This document shows, in pieces, positions 1 through 9,294 of a stretch of DNA of 50,517 nt. Numbering within the stretch: position 1 is the first letter of the stretch; the number at the start of each line of letters is the position of its first letter. Both the position numbers and the translations under genes were made by a program. The DNA is from a bacterium (lineage in GTDB: Bacteria; Desulfobacterota; DSWW01): contig JBFLZG010000133.1 of the NCBI GenBank assembly GCA_040756235.1, positions 1 to 50,517 of the forward strand. The letters are read 5' to 3'. The notes below the pieces were generated by a model. That model did no database searches. It saw only the letters and a list, made by a program, of their open reading frames with translations, and was not told the origin of the DNA.

Positions 1-51
1 GCCCGCGGCGGCCCGGCGGTTTTATTATATTGGCCGTTGGCGTCCTTCGCG

Positions 52-178
52 AACCAACCTCCCGGCCTCCGGGGGGTTGCTTCGGTCGCCTGTGGCTCCC
101 TCGCAATGTCCGCAACACCTCGTGTCCTCGCTCCGCCCCGCTCGATGCAGCCTGGGCCGGGGGTGACGAAAATGACAC
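52..178 (-). repeat. Family-D palindromic intergenic repeat (CATTGCGAGGGAGCC..GGCGACCGAAGCAACCCC)
   Basis: Reverse complement closely matches 46966-47093; lies just downstream of the nuoG stop. Confidence 0.75.
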
Positions 179-211
179 GGCCCTGCTGCACCGTACAGCC
201 AGCACCAGGCT

Positions 212-2938
212 TCACCCCGGCTTCCGGATCTTTGCCCACGACGGCAGGTCCAGCCCCACGAGCCCCTGAAGCCCCACCGGGATGCCGCCCACACCCTGCG
301 GCAGGCCGGGCGTTTCCCGAACGGGAAGACGCAAAGACCTGCCGTCGATCTCCACCTCGAGCTCGTCTCCCCCGGCTGCGCCCAGACCCGCGGCTTCCCC
401 GGGGCTCAGGGCCACGTAAGGCCGGGGAGACCTCTCCGCGATCCCGGGCGAAAGCGAGCTGAGCTCCTCGGAACCGAACACCTCGTGCAGAGGGACCACG
501 AGCCACCGGCCTTCCCGGGCAACGAAGGCCGCCGGCGCAGGCTCGTCCGGGGCCGCCGCCCGCCCCTCCTGAGGAGCCGGCCCGATCAGGCGCCTGCCCG
601 GCTCCCCTCCGCACAGCGGGCCTCCCACCTCGCTCTGGAACTTGTTCAAAGCCTGCACCGAGTTCCAGCCGGGCGCCCAGAAACGCGGGACCAGAGCCGG
701 GGGCGGCCGGCCTTCGAAGCCTTCCATCGAGAATCTCAAGGGGGAGTCCGGGTCTTCCGGCGGCATGGGCTCATGGACGCTCAGATGGGCAAACATCGCG
801 GTCCGCCCGCTGTACCGGTGAGGCTGCCGTGCGATCTTCATCCCCGCCGCGCGCCAGTCCGCAGGCGGGGCCGCCTCCAGGATGCCCGCCAGCGCGGGCA
901 CGGACCGGGCGAGCGCCTCGTCCAGGTCGTCGAGGTCCTGCCATGGGCTCGCCTGGGGGCCGCTCCCCTCCGCTGTCGTCAGGTCCCGAAGCCACCGCCA
1001 GCTCGCCTGCACCTCGCCTTGCGGTGCGAGGACCTGGTAGTGGCGCTGCGCCCTGCCCTCGAAGTTGACCACGGTCCCGGACGCCTCGGCGAACGTGGCC
1101 GCCGGAAGCACGACTGCGGCCCGTCGCGAGGTCTCCGTCTCCACGTGGTCGACCACGATCAGGTGGCGCGCCGCGGCCAGCAGCGCCTCAGCTTGCGCAG
1201 GCCCCACCCTCCGAAAGAGGTCGTTCTCCAGAACCACGAGGGTGTCGGCCGCTCCTTGCTCGAGCAGCGCGAGCGCCTCCCGGAGGCGACCGCCTCCGAG
1301 CAGCGCCAGCCCGAGCGAGTTCCACTCGGGCACGACCAGGCAGAGCCGCGCCGGCAGGCCCGCCCGACAAAGGGACTGGGCCACCAAGCCCGCAGATTTC
1401 AATACCTCCGCGCTGCCGGAACCGGTCCCGGAGACGATGACGGGCCGGGTCGCTCGCTTCAGCCCCTCTGCGATCGCATCCGCCAGGGATCGCGTTTCCT
1501 CGCTCAGCCCCGGGACGGCTGTCGGCCCGCCCCGGGTCAGCCCGAAGGCGATCGCCCACCCGAGCCTGGCGACCTCCTGCGGCGCTCCCCGGAACGTGGC
1601 CGTGGCCAGACCGTCGAGCCGGCTGGGTGCGGAAGTCGCGAGGTACAGCTCGGCCCGGGCGTTCTGCAGCACGTGGCGGAAGGCCGCGTCATTCCATCTC
1701 GCGATGTGAAGCTCGCCGGCCCTTCTGCCCGCCGCCGCCGGCACCCGCTGGCGCAGCGCGAGCGCAATCCTCGGAGCCGTGCCGGCGACGTCTTCCCCCA
1801 GGACCAGGACCGCGTCCGCCTCCTGCACGTCCAGCACCGAAGCGGGCCGGGCCGGGCCGCTGCGGAGGAGGTCCGCAATCCGGGGGAGCAGGGACGCTTC
1901 GGCCCGGCAAAGCCCCATGCAGAACCGGTCGGGCCCCACGAGCTCGCGCAGCGCGAAGTTGGACTCCAGCGAGGCACGCGGCGACCCGATCCCGATCGCC
2001 CACCCCTTGCGCCCCAGAAACGACGCCGCGCGGGAGAGCGCCTCGGCGCGGTCTGCCGGGCCGGGCGGCGCGCCGGGGCCGCCGCGCACCAGAGGCTGCC
2101 GGATGCGGCGCTCGCCGTTCACGAACTCGTATCCGTAGCGGCCGCGGTCGCACAGGAAGTACCCGTTCACCTCCCGGCTGTAGCGGTTCCGGATGCGCCG
2201 CAGCGCGCCGTAGCGCTCGCCCGGGATGGTGCCGCACCCCACGCCGCAGTGCGCGCACACGGAAGGCGCGGTCTGCAGGTCCCACTTGCGGGTATAGTGC
2301 TTCTGCAAGGTCTTGTCGGTGAACACGCCCGTGGGACAGACCTCGACGAGGTTCCCGCTGAACTCGTTCTCCAGCGTCCCATCCCGGTGCCGGCCGAAGT
2401 ACACCCGGTCGCGGATCCCGAAGGCCCCGAAGTCCCGCCCTCCGGCATAGTCGCAGTAGAACCGCACGCACCGGTAGCACTGAATGCAGCGGTTCATCTC
2501 GTGGTTCACGAACGGGCCCAGGTGCTGGTTCCGGTAGGTCCGCTTCCTGAAGCGGTACTCCCGGTGCACGTGCCCGGTCATGACCGTCATGTCCTGAAGG
2601 TGGCACTCGCCGCCTTCGTCGCAGACAGGGCAGTCGTGGGGATGGTTGATCATGAGCCATTCGATGACGCTGGCGCGGAACTCTTTCGCCTCCGGGTCCT
2701 CGATCGAGATGCGCGTCCCGTCGGCCGCCGGGGTCATGCAGGCCATCACGATCCGGCCGCGGGTGTCCTTCTCGTCCTTGAACATCTTGACCGCGCACTG
2801 CCGGCACGCGCCCACCGACCCCAGCGCCGGGTGCCAGCAGAAGTACGGGAGGTCGAATCCGAGGGAAAGGCAGGCGTGGAGCAGGTTCCGGCCTTCCTCG
2901 ACCTCGTACGGTTTGCCGTCAACGTGGATCGTCGGCAT
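212..2938 (-). CDS. nuoG: NADH-quinone oxidoreductase subunit G (long E. coli-type)
   Basis: FCWHPALGSVGACRQC, HPHDCPVCDEGGECHLQD, RCIQCYRC and the extra-cluster motif CAHCGVGC..CDRG; 908 aa. Confidence 0.96.
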   Translation of the reverse strand: MPTIHVDGKPYEVEEGRNLLHACLSLGFDLPYFCWHPALGSVGACRQCAVKMFKDEKDTRGRIVMACMTPAADGTRISIEDPEAKEFRASVIEWLMINHPHDCPVCDEGGECHLQDMTVMTGHVHREYRFRKRTYRNQHLGPFVNHEMNRCIQCYRCVRFYCDYAGGRDFGAFGIRDRVYFGRHRDGTLENEFSGNLVEVCPTGVFTDKTLQKHYTRKWDLQTAPSVCAHCGVGCGTIPGERYGALRRIRNRYSREVNGYFLCDRGRYGYEFVNGERRIRQPLVRGGPGAPPGPADRAEALSRAASFLGRKGWAIGIGSPRASLESNFALRELVGPDRFCMGLCRAEASLLPRIADLLRSGPARPASVLDVQEADAVLVLGEDVAGTAPRIALALRQRVPAAAGRRAGELHIARWNDAAFRHVLQNARAELYLATSAPSRLDGLATATFRGAPQEVARLGWAIAFGLTRGGPTAVPGLSEETRSLADAIAEGLKRATRPVIVSGTGSGSAEVLKSAGLVAQSLCRAGLPARLCLVVPEWNSLGLALLGGGRLREALALLEQGAADTLVVLENDLFRRVGPAQAEALLAAARHLIVVDHVETETSRRAAVVLPAATFAEASGTVVNFEGRAQRHYQVLAPQGEVQASWRWLRDLTTAEGSGPQASPWQDLDDLDEALARSVPALAGILEAAPPADWRAAGMKIARQPHRYSGRTAMFAHLSVHEPMPPEDPDSPLRFSMEGFEGRPPPALVPRFWAPGWNSVQALNKFQSEVGGPLCGGEPGRRLIGPAPQEGRAAAPDEPAPAAFVAREGRWLVVPLHEVFGSEELSSLSPGIAERSPRPYVALSPGEAAGLGAAGGDELEVEIDGRSLRLPVRETPGLPQGVGGIPVGLQGLVGLDLPSWAKIRKPG

Positions 2939-2941
2939 GCG

Positions 2942-4213
2942 TTATCTCCAGGGGCACCGCTTCTCATCGATGTGCCGCCGAAAATCCTCCGCGAAGTACT
3001 TCAGGCCGCTGTGCAGGGGTTCCATGGCGCCGGGGGCCAGCGCGCAGAAGGTGTTCCCCGGAGCCAGCAGCCGTGCGTGCCGGCCGAGCCGCTCCAGGTC
3101 TCCCGGCTGCCCGTGTCCCTCCTCCATGGCCCCGAGGATCTTGGCCGTCCACGGCAGGCCCTCCCTGCAGGGCGTGCACCAGCCGCAGGACTCCTGCGCG
3201 AAGAAGGCCTCCAGGTTGTGCACCATGCCGACCGGACACGTCCCGTCGTCCAGGACGACCATGGTGCCCGTTCCCATGCGGCTGCCCGCCTTCGGGACGG
3301 TGTCGAAGTCCATCTGTACGTCCAGGTGCTCCTCGAGCAGGAACTCCGTGGAACCGCCGCCCGGAATCACCCCGCGGAACCGCGCTCCCTCCCGCATGCC
3401 GCCGGCCTCTTCCAGGATCTCACGGACCGTGACTCCCATCGGCAGCTCCCGGGCGCCCGGCCGCCTCACCTTCCCGCTCACCCCGAAGATCTTCGTGCCT
3501 CCGTTTTCCGTGCGGCTCAGGCCCCTGAACCAGGAGGCTCCACGGTTGACGATGTGAGGCACGTTGCAGAGCGTTTCGACATTGTTCACGACCGTGGGCT
3601 TGCCCCACGCGCCCACCACCGGCGGAAAGGGAGGCCGGGAGCGCGGAATGGCCCGGCGCCCTTCCAGGGCATTCAGGAGCGCGCTCTCCTCCCCGCAGAT
3701 GTAGCGGCCCGCGCTCAGGTGGACGTGAATGTCCATGCCGAAGCCCGAGCCGAGGATGTCCCGCCCGAGGAAGCCGGCGGCGCGCGTTTCGGCGAGGGCC
3801 CGGTTCAGCAGGTCCGCGGTCCCTCGGTATTCCCAGCGCAGAAAGATGATCCCGACGGTGGCTCGGATGGCGTGGCCCGCCAGGATCATCCCCTCGACCA
3901 GCTGATGGGGGTCTCCCTCCATCAGGTAACGGTCCTTGAAGGTCGCCGGCTCCATCTCGTCCGCGTTGACCACCAGGTACCTCGGGCCCGGTGCGTCCTC
4001 TGCGGCGGGCACGAAGCCCCACTTCATGGCCGTAGGGAATCCGGCGCCGCCCCTGCCGCGCAGGTTCGCATCCTTGACCGCTGCGATCACTTCCTTGGGG
4101 GCCATCGTGCGCAGGGCCTTGCGCACCGCCTGATAGCCGCCCGCGCGCTCGTAATCCTTCAGCCCCAAGGGCGCCTTTCCGGGCCGGATGTTCTTGGTCA
4201 GTGGCCGCTCCAT
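2942..4213 (-). CDS. nuoF: NADH-quinone oxidoreductase subunit F
   Basis: GRGGAGFP, NADEMEP, YICGEESALL, ESCGWCTPCREG motifs. Confidence 0.97.
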   Translation of the reverse strand: MERPLTKNIRPGKAPLGLKDYERAGGYQAVRKALRTMAPKEVIAAVKDANLRGRGGAGFPTAMKWGFVPAAEDAPGPRYLVVNADEMEPATFKDRYLMEGDPHQLVEGMILAGHAIRATVGIIFLRWEYRGTADLLNRALAETRAAGFLGRDILGSGFGMDIHVHLSAGRYICGEESALLNALEGRRAIPRSRPPFPPVVGAWGKPTVVNNVETLCNVPHIVNRGASWFRGLSRTENGGTKIFGVSGKVRRPGARELPMGVTVREILEEAGGMREGARFRGVIPGGGSTEFLLEEHLDVQMDFDTVPKAGSRMGTGTMVVLDDGTCPVGMVHNLEAFFAQESCGWCTPCREGLPWTAKILGAMEEGHGQPGDLERLGRHARLLAPGNTFCALAPGAMEPLHSGLKYFAEDFRRHIDEKRCPWR

Positions 4214-4260
4214 CTATCACCTCGAACCAGGACCAGCCGTCAAATTGTGGCCTCTCATGG

Positions 4261-4527
4261 AGCAGCGAGCGGGCGAATCGCTGCAAGTGTCGGATGTTGC
4301 GAGGAGGCCTTGCGACGTGGCAACCCCCATGTAGTCGGGGGTCGCCGAGCCCAAGTCTGCAGCCGTGGTTGGTGGACTGCAGCCGTGGTTGGTGGACACG
4401 CCTGCGGCTTGGTCCACCCTACGCGGTTGATTGGTGGACGCCTGCGGCTTTGTCCACCCTACGTAGTGCTCACGCCGCTCGCTCGCTACTTCCACCTCTC
4501 CCATTGACCTTTCACCTTTCACCTTTC
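4261..4527. repeat. Composite repeat insert between nuoE and nuoF
   Basis: Family-D hairpin 4291-4350; exact 20-bp tandem duplication 4357-4396; two GTAG-type REP hairpins (4391-4422, 4433-4462); (ACCTTTC)x3 at 4507-4527. Confidence 0.8.
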
Positions 4528-4528
4528 T

Positions 4529-4993
4529 TTACGCGTACCGGGCCAGGATCTCGTCCATCCGCGCGGGAGTCAGGTCCCCGTAGAGCTCGTCATCGACCAT
4601 CATGGCCGGAGCCCGGTCGCAGGCGCCCAGACAGACGATCGGCAGCAGGGTGAACCGCCCGTCCGGCGTGGTCTCGCCGAGCCGGATCCCCAGGCGGCCG
4701 GTCAGGTGGCTCACCGTCCGCTCGTAACCCATCACCCAGCAGCTCACGCTGTCGCAAACGAAGATCACGTGCCGGCCGACCGGTTTGCGGAACAGGTGGT
4801 TGTAGAAGGTAGCCACGCTGTCCACCTCGTCCGCCGTCATCCCCAGCAGCTCGGCCACGTCCCGCACCGCTTCGTCGGAGATCCATCCCCGGCGCTTCTG
4901 CAGGATCCGCATCGCGTCGATGGCGAGGGCCTGCGGGTTCGGGTAGAGCGCCCGCTCGGCCTCGATCTCCTGTCTCTCTTCAGCGCTCAGCAT
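4529..4993 (-). CDS. nuoE: NADH-quinone oxidoreductase subunit E
   Basis: VATFY, CDSVSC and CLGAC 2Fe-2S ligands; start reassigned to ATG 4993 (MLSAEE), just after the nuoCD stop. Confidence 0.95.
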   Translation of the reverse strand: MLSAEERQEIEAERALYPNPQALAIDAMRILQKRRGWISDEAVRDVAELLGMTADEVDSVATFYNHLFRKPVGRHVIFVCDSVSCWVMGYERTVSHLTGRLGIRLGETTPDGRFTLLPIVCLGACDRAPAMMVDDELYGDLTPARMDEILARYA

Positions 4994-5012
4994 CGCTGCG
5001 AACCACCTCTTC

Positions 5013-6761
5013 TCACCGGTCCACATCGGCAAGCACGAAGTCCAGGCTGCCCAGGATCGCAATCAAGTCGGAGACCATCAAACCGCGGCTGAGCAGCGGC
5101 ACGGTCTGGATGTGCGGAAAAGAGGGCGTGCGGATCCGCGTCCTGTAGGAACGGATGTCCCCGTCGCTCACCAGGTAATAGCTGTACATCCCCTTGGTGC
5201 CCTCGATCTGGACCGCGGCCTCCCCCGCGGGGACCACCGGCCCCCAGCTCACGCTCAGGAAGTGCGCGATGAGCGTCTCGATGTCCTGCATCGTGCGCTC
5301 CTTCAGGGGCGGTGTGGTCAGGGGATGCTCGGCCTTGTAGGGACCGGAGGGCATGTTGTCCAGGCACTGCTCGACGATCCTCAGGCTCTGCCGGAGCTCC
5401 TCCAGGCGCAGCGCCGCGCGGTCGTAGGAGTCCCCGTTCACGGCCGTGGGGATCTCGAACTCGAACTGCTCGTAGCCCGAGTACGGCCTCTTCTTGCGGG
5501 CGTCCCACTCGAGCCCGCAGGCCCGCAGGTTCGGCCCGGTGACTCCCCATTCGACCGCCTCATCCAGCGTGTAGACCCCGATCCCCTTGGTGCGTTCCTT
5601 GATGAGGCGGTTGCCGGTGACCAGGTGTCCGTATTCCTTGAGCCGCTTGGGCATGGCGCGGACGAATTCCCGCACCTTGCGGTCCCAACCGGGCGGCAGG
5701 TCATGGGCCACGCCGCCGATGCGAAACCAGGACGGGTGCATGCGCCCGCCGGTGATGGCCGTGATGATCGTGAAGATGCGCTCCCGGTCGTTGAAGGTGT
5801 AGAAGACCGGGGAGAGGGCCCCCAGGTCCTGGCCGAAGGTGCCGTAGAACACGAGGTGGCTCGCCATCCGGAACAGCTCGGCCATCATCACGCGGATCAC
5901 CTTGACCCGCTCCGGCACCTCGATCCCGGCCAGCTTCTCGACCGACAGCACGTAGGCCAGGTTGTTCACCACGCCGCCCAGGTAGTCGACCCGGTCCGTG
6001 TACGGGATGTAGGTGTGCCAGGTCTGGCGCTCGCCCATCTTCTCGGCGCCCCGGTGATGGAAGCCGATGTGGGGCACCACGTCCACGATCTCTTCGCCGG
6101 CGAGCTGGAGCACCAGGCGCAGGACGCCGTGCGTCCCCGAGTGGTTCGGCCCGAGGTTGAGGAACATGAGGTCCACGTTCTCTTCGCGCGTCTTCAGACC
6201 CCACTCCTCGGGCCTGAAGCGCAGCGCCTCTTCGGCCCGGATCTGCTCCTCTTCCGGGAGCTGGAAAGGGGGCATCTCGGTGGCCCTGGCGGGGTGGTCC
6301 TTGCGCAGGGGATGGCCTGTCCAGGCGGAGGGCATCAGCAGACGGCGCAGGTACGGGTGCCCCTCGAAGGCGATCGAGAACATGTCCCAGGCTTCCCGCT
6401 CGTACCAGTTGGCCGAAGGCCAGATGTCGGTGACGGTCCTCAGGGACAAGGCATCGTTCTTCAGGGGGACCTTGATCCGGACGTCCTCGTTCCGTTCGAA
6501 CGACAGCAAGTGGTAGACGACGGTAAAGTCGCTCTCCGGCTGCCCGTTGCGCCGCGACCGGACCCGCTCGTCGATCGCGGTCAGGTCGTAGAGCATTCGG
6601 TACGGAGCGCGGACCTCGTCCTTGAGAAAGCGCAGGACTGCGGGGGCCCGTTCCCCGGAGACCCACAGGGTCGGTATCCCGTCACGGGTGGGCTGCCGCC
6701 CCAGCACGACCTGGCCGAACCGGCTCTCCAGCTCATCGGCTATGGGAAGAGCTTCGCCCAT
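5013..6761 (-). CDS. nuoCD: NADH-quinone oxidoreductase fused subunit C/D
   Basis: [38 protein letters not shown]-terminal DFVLADVDR; start placed at ATG 6761 because the upstream extension lies inside a MITE. Confidence 0.95.
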   Translation of the reverse strand: MGEALPIADELESRFGQVVLGRQPTRDGIPTLWVSGERAPAVLRFLKDEVRAPYRMLYDLTAIDERVRSRRNGQPESDFTVVYHLLSFERNEDVRIKVPLKNDALSLRTVTDIWPSANWYEREAWDMFSIAFEGHPYLRRLLMPSAWTGHPLRKDHPARATEMPPFQLPEEEQIRAEEALRFRPEEWGLKTREENVDLMFLNLGPNHSGTHGVLRLVLQLAGEEIVDVVPHIGFHHRGAEKMGERQTWHTYIPYTDRVDYLGGVVNNLAYVLSVEKLAGIEVPERVKVIRVMMAELFRMASHLVFYGTFGQDLGALSPVFYTFNDRERIFTIITAITGGRMHPSWFRIGGVAHDLPPGWDRKVREFVRAMPKRLKEYGHLVTGNRLIKERTKGIGVYTLDEAVEWGVTGPNLRACGLEWDARKKRPYSGYEQFEFEIPTAVNGDSYDRAALRLEELRQSLRIVEQCLDNMPSGPYKAEHPLTTPPLKERTMQDIETLIAHFLSVSWGPVVPAGEAAVQIEGTKGMYSYYLVSDGDIRSYRTRIRTPSFPHIQTVPLLSRGLMVSDLIAILGSLDFVLADVDR

Positions 6762-6774
6762 GGGCACCCCTTGG

Positions 6775-7003
6775 TACCTGTCGGCGGACATCAAGTCGCT
6801 AACGTATCCTTTGGGACCGGGTCCGGTCGGCAGCGATGGCGACCGGCTCTAACCATCGGACATTGCGAGGACCGCAGGTCCGCGGCAACCCCCGGTACCA
6901 TGGGGGTCGCCACGCTTGCGCTCGCGATTTTCGACCTTCCCAGGCCCTCGGTTGCCGGCTGCGCCTCTCGCGGAACACGTTGCCGGATTCCTGAACCGGT
7001 GTA
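6775..7003. mobile_element. MITE family T, copy 2 (ends TAC...GTA) between nuoB and nuoCD
   Basis: Last 34 bp match 15702-15735 at 24/34; shares CGCTAACGTAT near the left end; internal family-D hairpin; flanks CTTGG/CTCAG, the right one containing the nuoB stop. Confidence 0.6.
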
Positions 7004-7004
7004 C

Positions 7005-7664
7005 TCAGCCCGTCTCCTCGCTCGCGACATCGTCGTTCGGGGTTCGCAGCAGCGTGGTCTTCTTGCGGGCCCCGCGTTTCAGGCCTCTCATCGAGGGGGC
7101 GGGCGCCCGCTCGATCCCTTGCGGCCCCACGACCCAGCTGAGCGGCCGCCTTTCCGTGCCGACCAGCTTCTGGAGGAGCGTCAGGCCCTCCATGAAGGCG
7201 CTCGGGTTCGGGGGGCATCCCGGGACATAGACGTCCACCGGCAGGATCTTGTCCACGCCCTGGACCACGCTGTAGATGTCGTACATGCCGCCGGAGTTGG
7301 CGCACGAGCCCATCGAGATGACCCAGCGCGGCTCCAGCATCTGGTCGTACAGCCGTTTGAGGACCGGAGCCATCTTGATGAACACCGTCCCGGTGATGAC
7401 GATCAGGTCCGACTCCCGCGGGGATCCCCGGATCACTTCGGAGCCGAATCGAGCGAGGTCGTAGCGGCTCGTCAGACTGGTCGCGAACTCGACGTAGCAG
7501 CAGGAAAGACCGAAGTTGAAGGGCCAGATCGAGTTCTTGCGGCCCCAGGCCACCAGCTCCTGCAGGCGCCCCAGAACCACGGTGCGCGAGACGGCGGCCT
7601 CGAGCGATCCGAAGGCGCCTCGCGGCGGATTCTTTCCGGGCGCTCCTTTCGACTTCCAGCGCAT
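7005..7664 (-). CDS. nuoB: NADH-quinone oxidoreductase subunit B
   Basis: [24 protein letters not shown] motifs; start at ATG 7664. Confidence 0.96.
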   Translation of the reverse strand: MRWKSKGAPGKNPPRGAFGSLEAAVSRTVVLGRLQELVAWGRKNSIWPFNFGLSCCYVEFATSLTSRYDLARFGSEVIRGSPRESDLIVITGTVFIKMAPVLKRLYDQMLEPRWVISMGSCANSGGMYDIYSVVQGVDKILPVDVYVPGCPPNPSAFMEGLTLLQKLVGTERRPLSWVVGPQGIERAPAPSMRGLKRGARKKTTLLRTPNDDVASEETG

Positions 7665-7692
7665 GTTCCACCTGCCTGCGTACCGCGGGGAA

Positions 7693-7716
7693 GGGCGACG
7701 CCTGCGTCGCCCCTGC
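7693..7716. repeat. REP-like hairpin GGGCGACGCCTGCGTCGCCC
   Basis: Palindrome related to 23959-23982 and 24094-24121. Confidence 0.65.
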
Positions 7717-7750
7717 AAGAATCCATGGGACGAGATGCGGCTCCTGCCGG

Positions 7751-8188
7751 CTAACGCTCGTGCCCCTTGATGTATTTTTCGAGCTGATCGATGACGGAAT
7801 CCTTGTCGGAGAGGATCGCCTTGACAAGGTCTCCGATCGAAATGACGCCCACCAGCGTATCGTTCCGGAATACCGGCAGGTGCCGCACGCGCTTTTCGGT
7901 CATCAGCGCCATGCACGAGTCCACGTCGAGGTCGGGATCTACCCAGATCGGCTCTTCCGTCATCACCTCACGGACCCGCGTGTCCTTGGAAGCTTTCCCG
8001 TGCAGGATGATCTTCCTGGCGTAGTCCCGTTCCGACAGAACGCCCTTCAGGTCCTTTCCCGAGACGACCAGGAGGGCGCCCACGTTCTTCTCGGCCATGA
8101 GCTGGAGCGCCTCCAGCATGGTGGCATCCGGGGGGATCGACCACACCTCGCTCCCCTTCACCCGCAAGATATCTTTGACCGTCTTCAT
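7751..8188 (-). CDS. Stand-alone tandem CBS-domain (Bateman) protein
   Basis: [14 protein letters not shown] and [17 protein letters not shown]; 145 aa from ATG 8188. Confidence 0.92.
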   Translation of the reverse strand: MKTVKDILRVKGSEVWSIPPDATMLEALQLMAEKNVGALLVVSGKDLKGVLSERDYARKIILHGKASKDTRVREVMTEEPIWVDPDLDVDSCMALMTEKRVRHLPVFRNDTLVGVISIGDLVKAILSDKDSVIDQLEKYIKGHER

Positions 8189-8245
8189 GAGTCGCCCCTT
8201 TCCCCCCGATTTCCCGAAGCGCCGCATCACACGGGCGGAGACGCG

Positions 8246-8653
8246 TCACCGGAGCCGGCGTCCGCGCGACCGCTGCCGGAGGGTCCCCCAGTCCAGGGCC
8301 CCCAGCCTCCAGAGATAGGCCAGTGCGGCCGCCAGGAGGCCGATGAAGACGACCACCTCGGCATAGCCCTGCCAGCCCAGCTCCCTGGCCGCGACGGCCC
8401 ACGAGAGGACGAAGGCCGCCTCCACGTCGAAGATCACGAAGAACATGGCCATCAGGTAGAACTTGGCATCGAAGCGCATGCGGGCCGAGCCCGTGGGCGC
8501 AATGCCCGACTCGAAAGGGTCGCGTGTGGCCCTGCCCTCGCGCCGTTCCCCCAAGAGGTAGGCGAGGGCCAGCATGGCCGATACGAGGAGGAGGATGAAG
8601 CCGAAGTAGACCCCCAGCGGCCAGAGGCGTGCTTCTCCGGCGAGCTCCTGCAT
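8246..8653 (-). CDS. nuoA: NADH-quinone oxidoreductase subunit A
   Basis: PFESGI, FYLMAMFFVIFDVE, GALDW; three hydrophobic segments; GGAGGAGG RBS upstream of ATG 8653. Confidence 0.95.
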   Translation of the reverse strand: MQELAGEARLWPLGVYFGFILLLVSAMLALAYLLGERREGRATRDPFESGIAPTGSARMRFDAKFYLMAMFFVIFDVEAAFVLSWAVAARELGWQGYAEVVVFIGLLAAALAYLWRLGALDWGTLRQRSRGRRLR

Positions 8654-8747
8654 GAAGGCCTCCTCCCACATCCGGTCGAGGGCTGATTGACCTGGAGCCG
8701 GAGGGATGGTCCGACTCCGATCACTCGTGCGAGATTCGATTGCCCTG

Positions 8748-8777
8748 ATTCTACATATCAGAACAATAATGGATCAA
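8748..8777 (-). promoter_or_regulatory. Putative sigma70 promoter of the nuo operon
   Basis: TTGATC-18-TAGAAT in an AT-rich patch about 95 bp upstream of nuoA. Confidence 0.45.
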
Positions 8778-9294
8778 GACAGCCACGCTCGTGGAGCCCA
8801 TGTCCTTCCGGGGCCGGGAGGCGCCGCCGAAAAACACCGTCTGTTCGATGCAAGACCGGGGGGCGCAGGTGCGCCGCGGGGCCGCCTCCTTCCCGAGCTT
8901 CCCCGGCCCCGGCTCCGCGCCCGAAAACCTCGCCGTCCCCGAATGAAATCTAAACTTGAGACACTCATCTCAGCAGGAGATGCCATCGTTTACTTACACG
9001 GATGTAATCGGCCCAAGAAATCCTTTCTTCTTGGGGAGCCGCCTGAACTTGTGAGAGAATGAAGCAGCAGGCGCCCCAGAGGACGAGCCTGCCCTTCCGG
9101 CATCCCGCGCTCGCTCGACACATCTTGGCACAAGAGATGCTTCTCGTGTTTCAGACTCCGGTGTGCACGCCGGCAGGGTGCTCGATCCGCTTGCCCGGGC
9201 GGATGCGGCCGGACCGAGACCGGATCCGCGCTCATCCGCCGGCGGAACCGTTTTCGAACCGCCGCAGCCGTGGAGCTCAGAGAGCGGTATTCGT

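Noticed and set aside
4357..4462. Mini CRISPR array
   Set aside because: The units are adjacent duplications and REP hairpins without unique regular spacers.
485..4507. 1340-aa plus-strand ORF (also 5112-7754, 16306-18840, 20215-23400, 23692-26196, 35887-37983, 38176-40206, 42741-44681)
   Set aside because: Antisense shadows of well-supported genes, expected with GC-rich codon bias; no recognisable motifs.
4217..4522. 101-aa ORF between nuoE and nuoF, and similar ORFs over repeats (12396-12635, 25901-26206, 34302-34952, 46721-47170)
   Set aside because: They are translations of palindromic repeats or MITEs.
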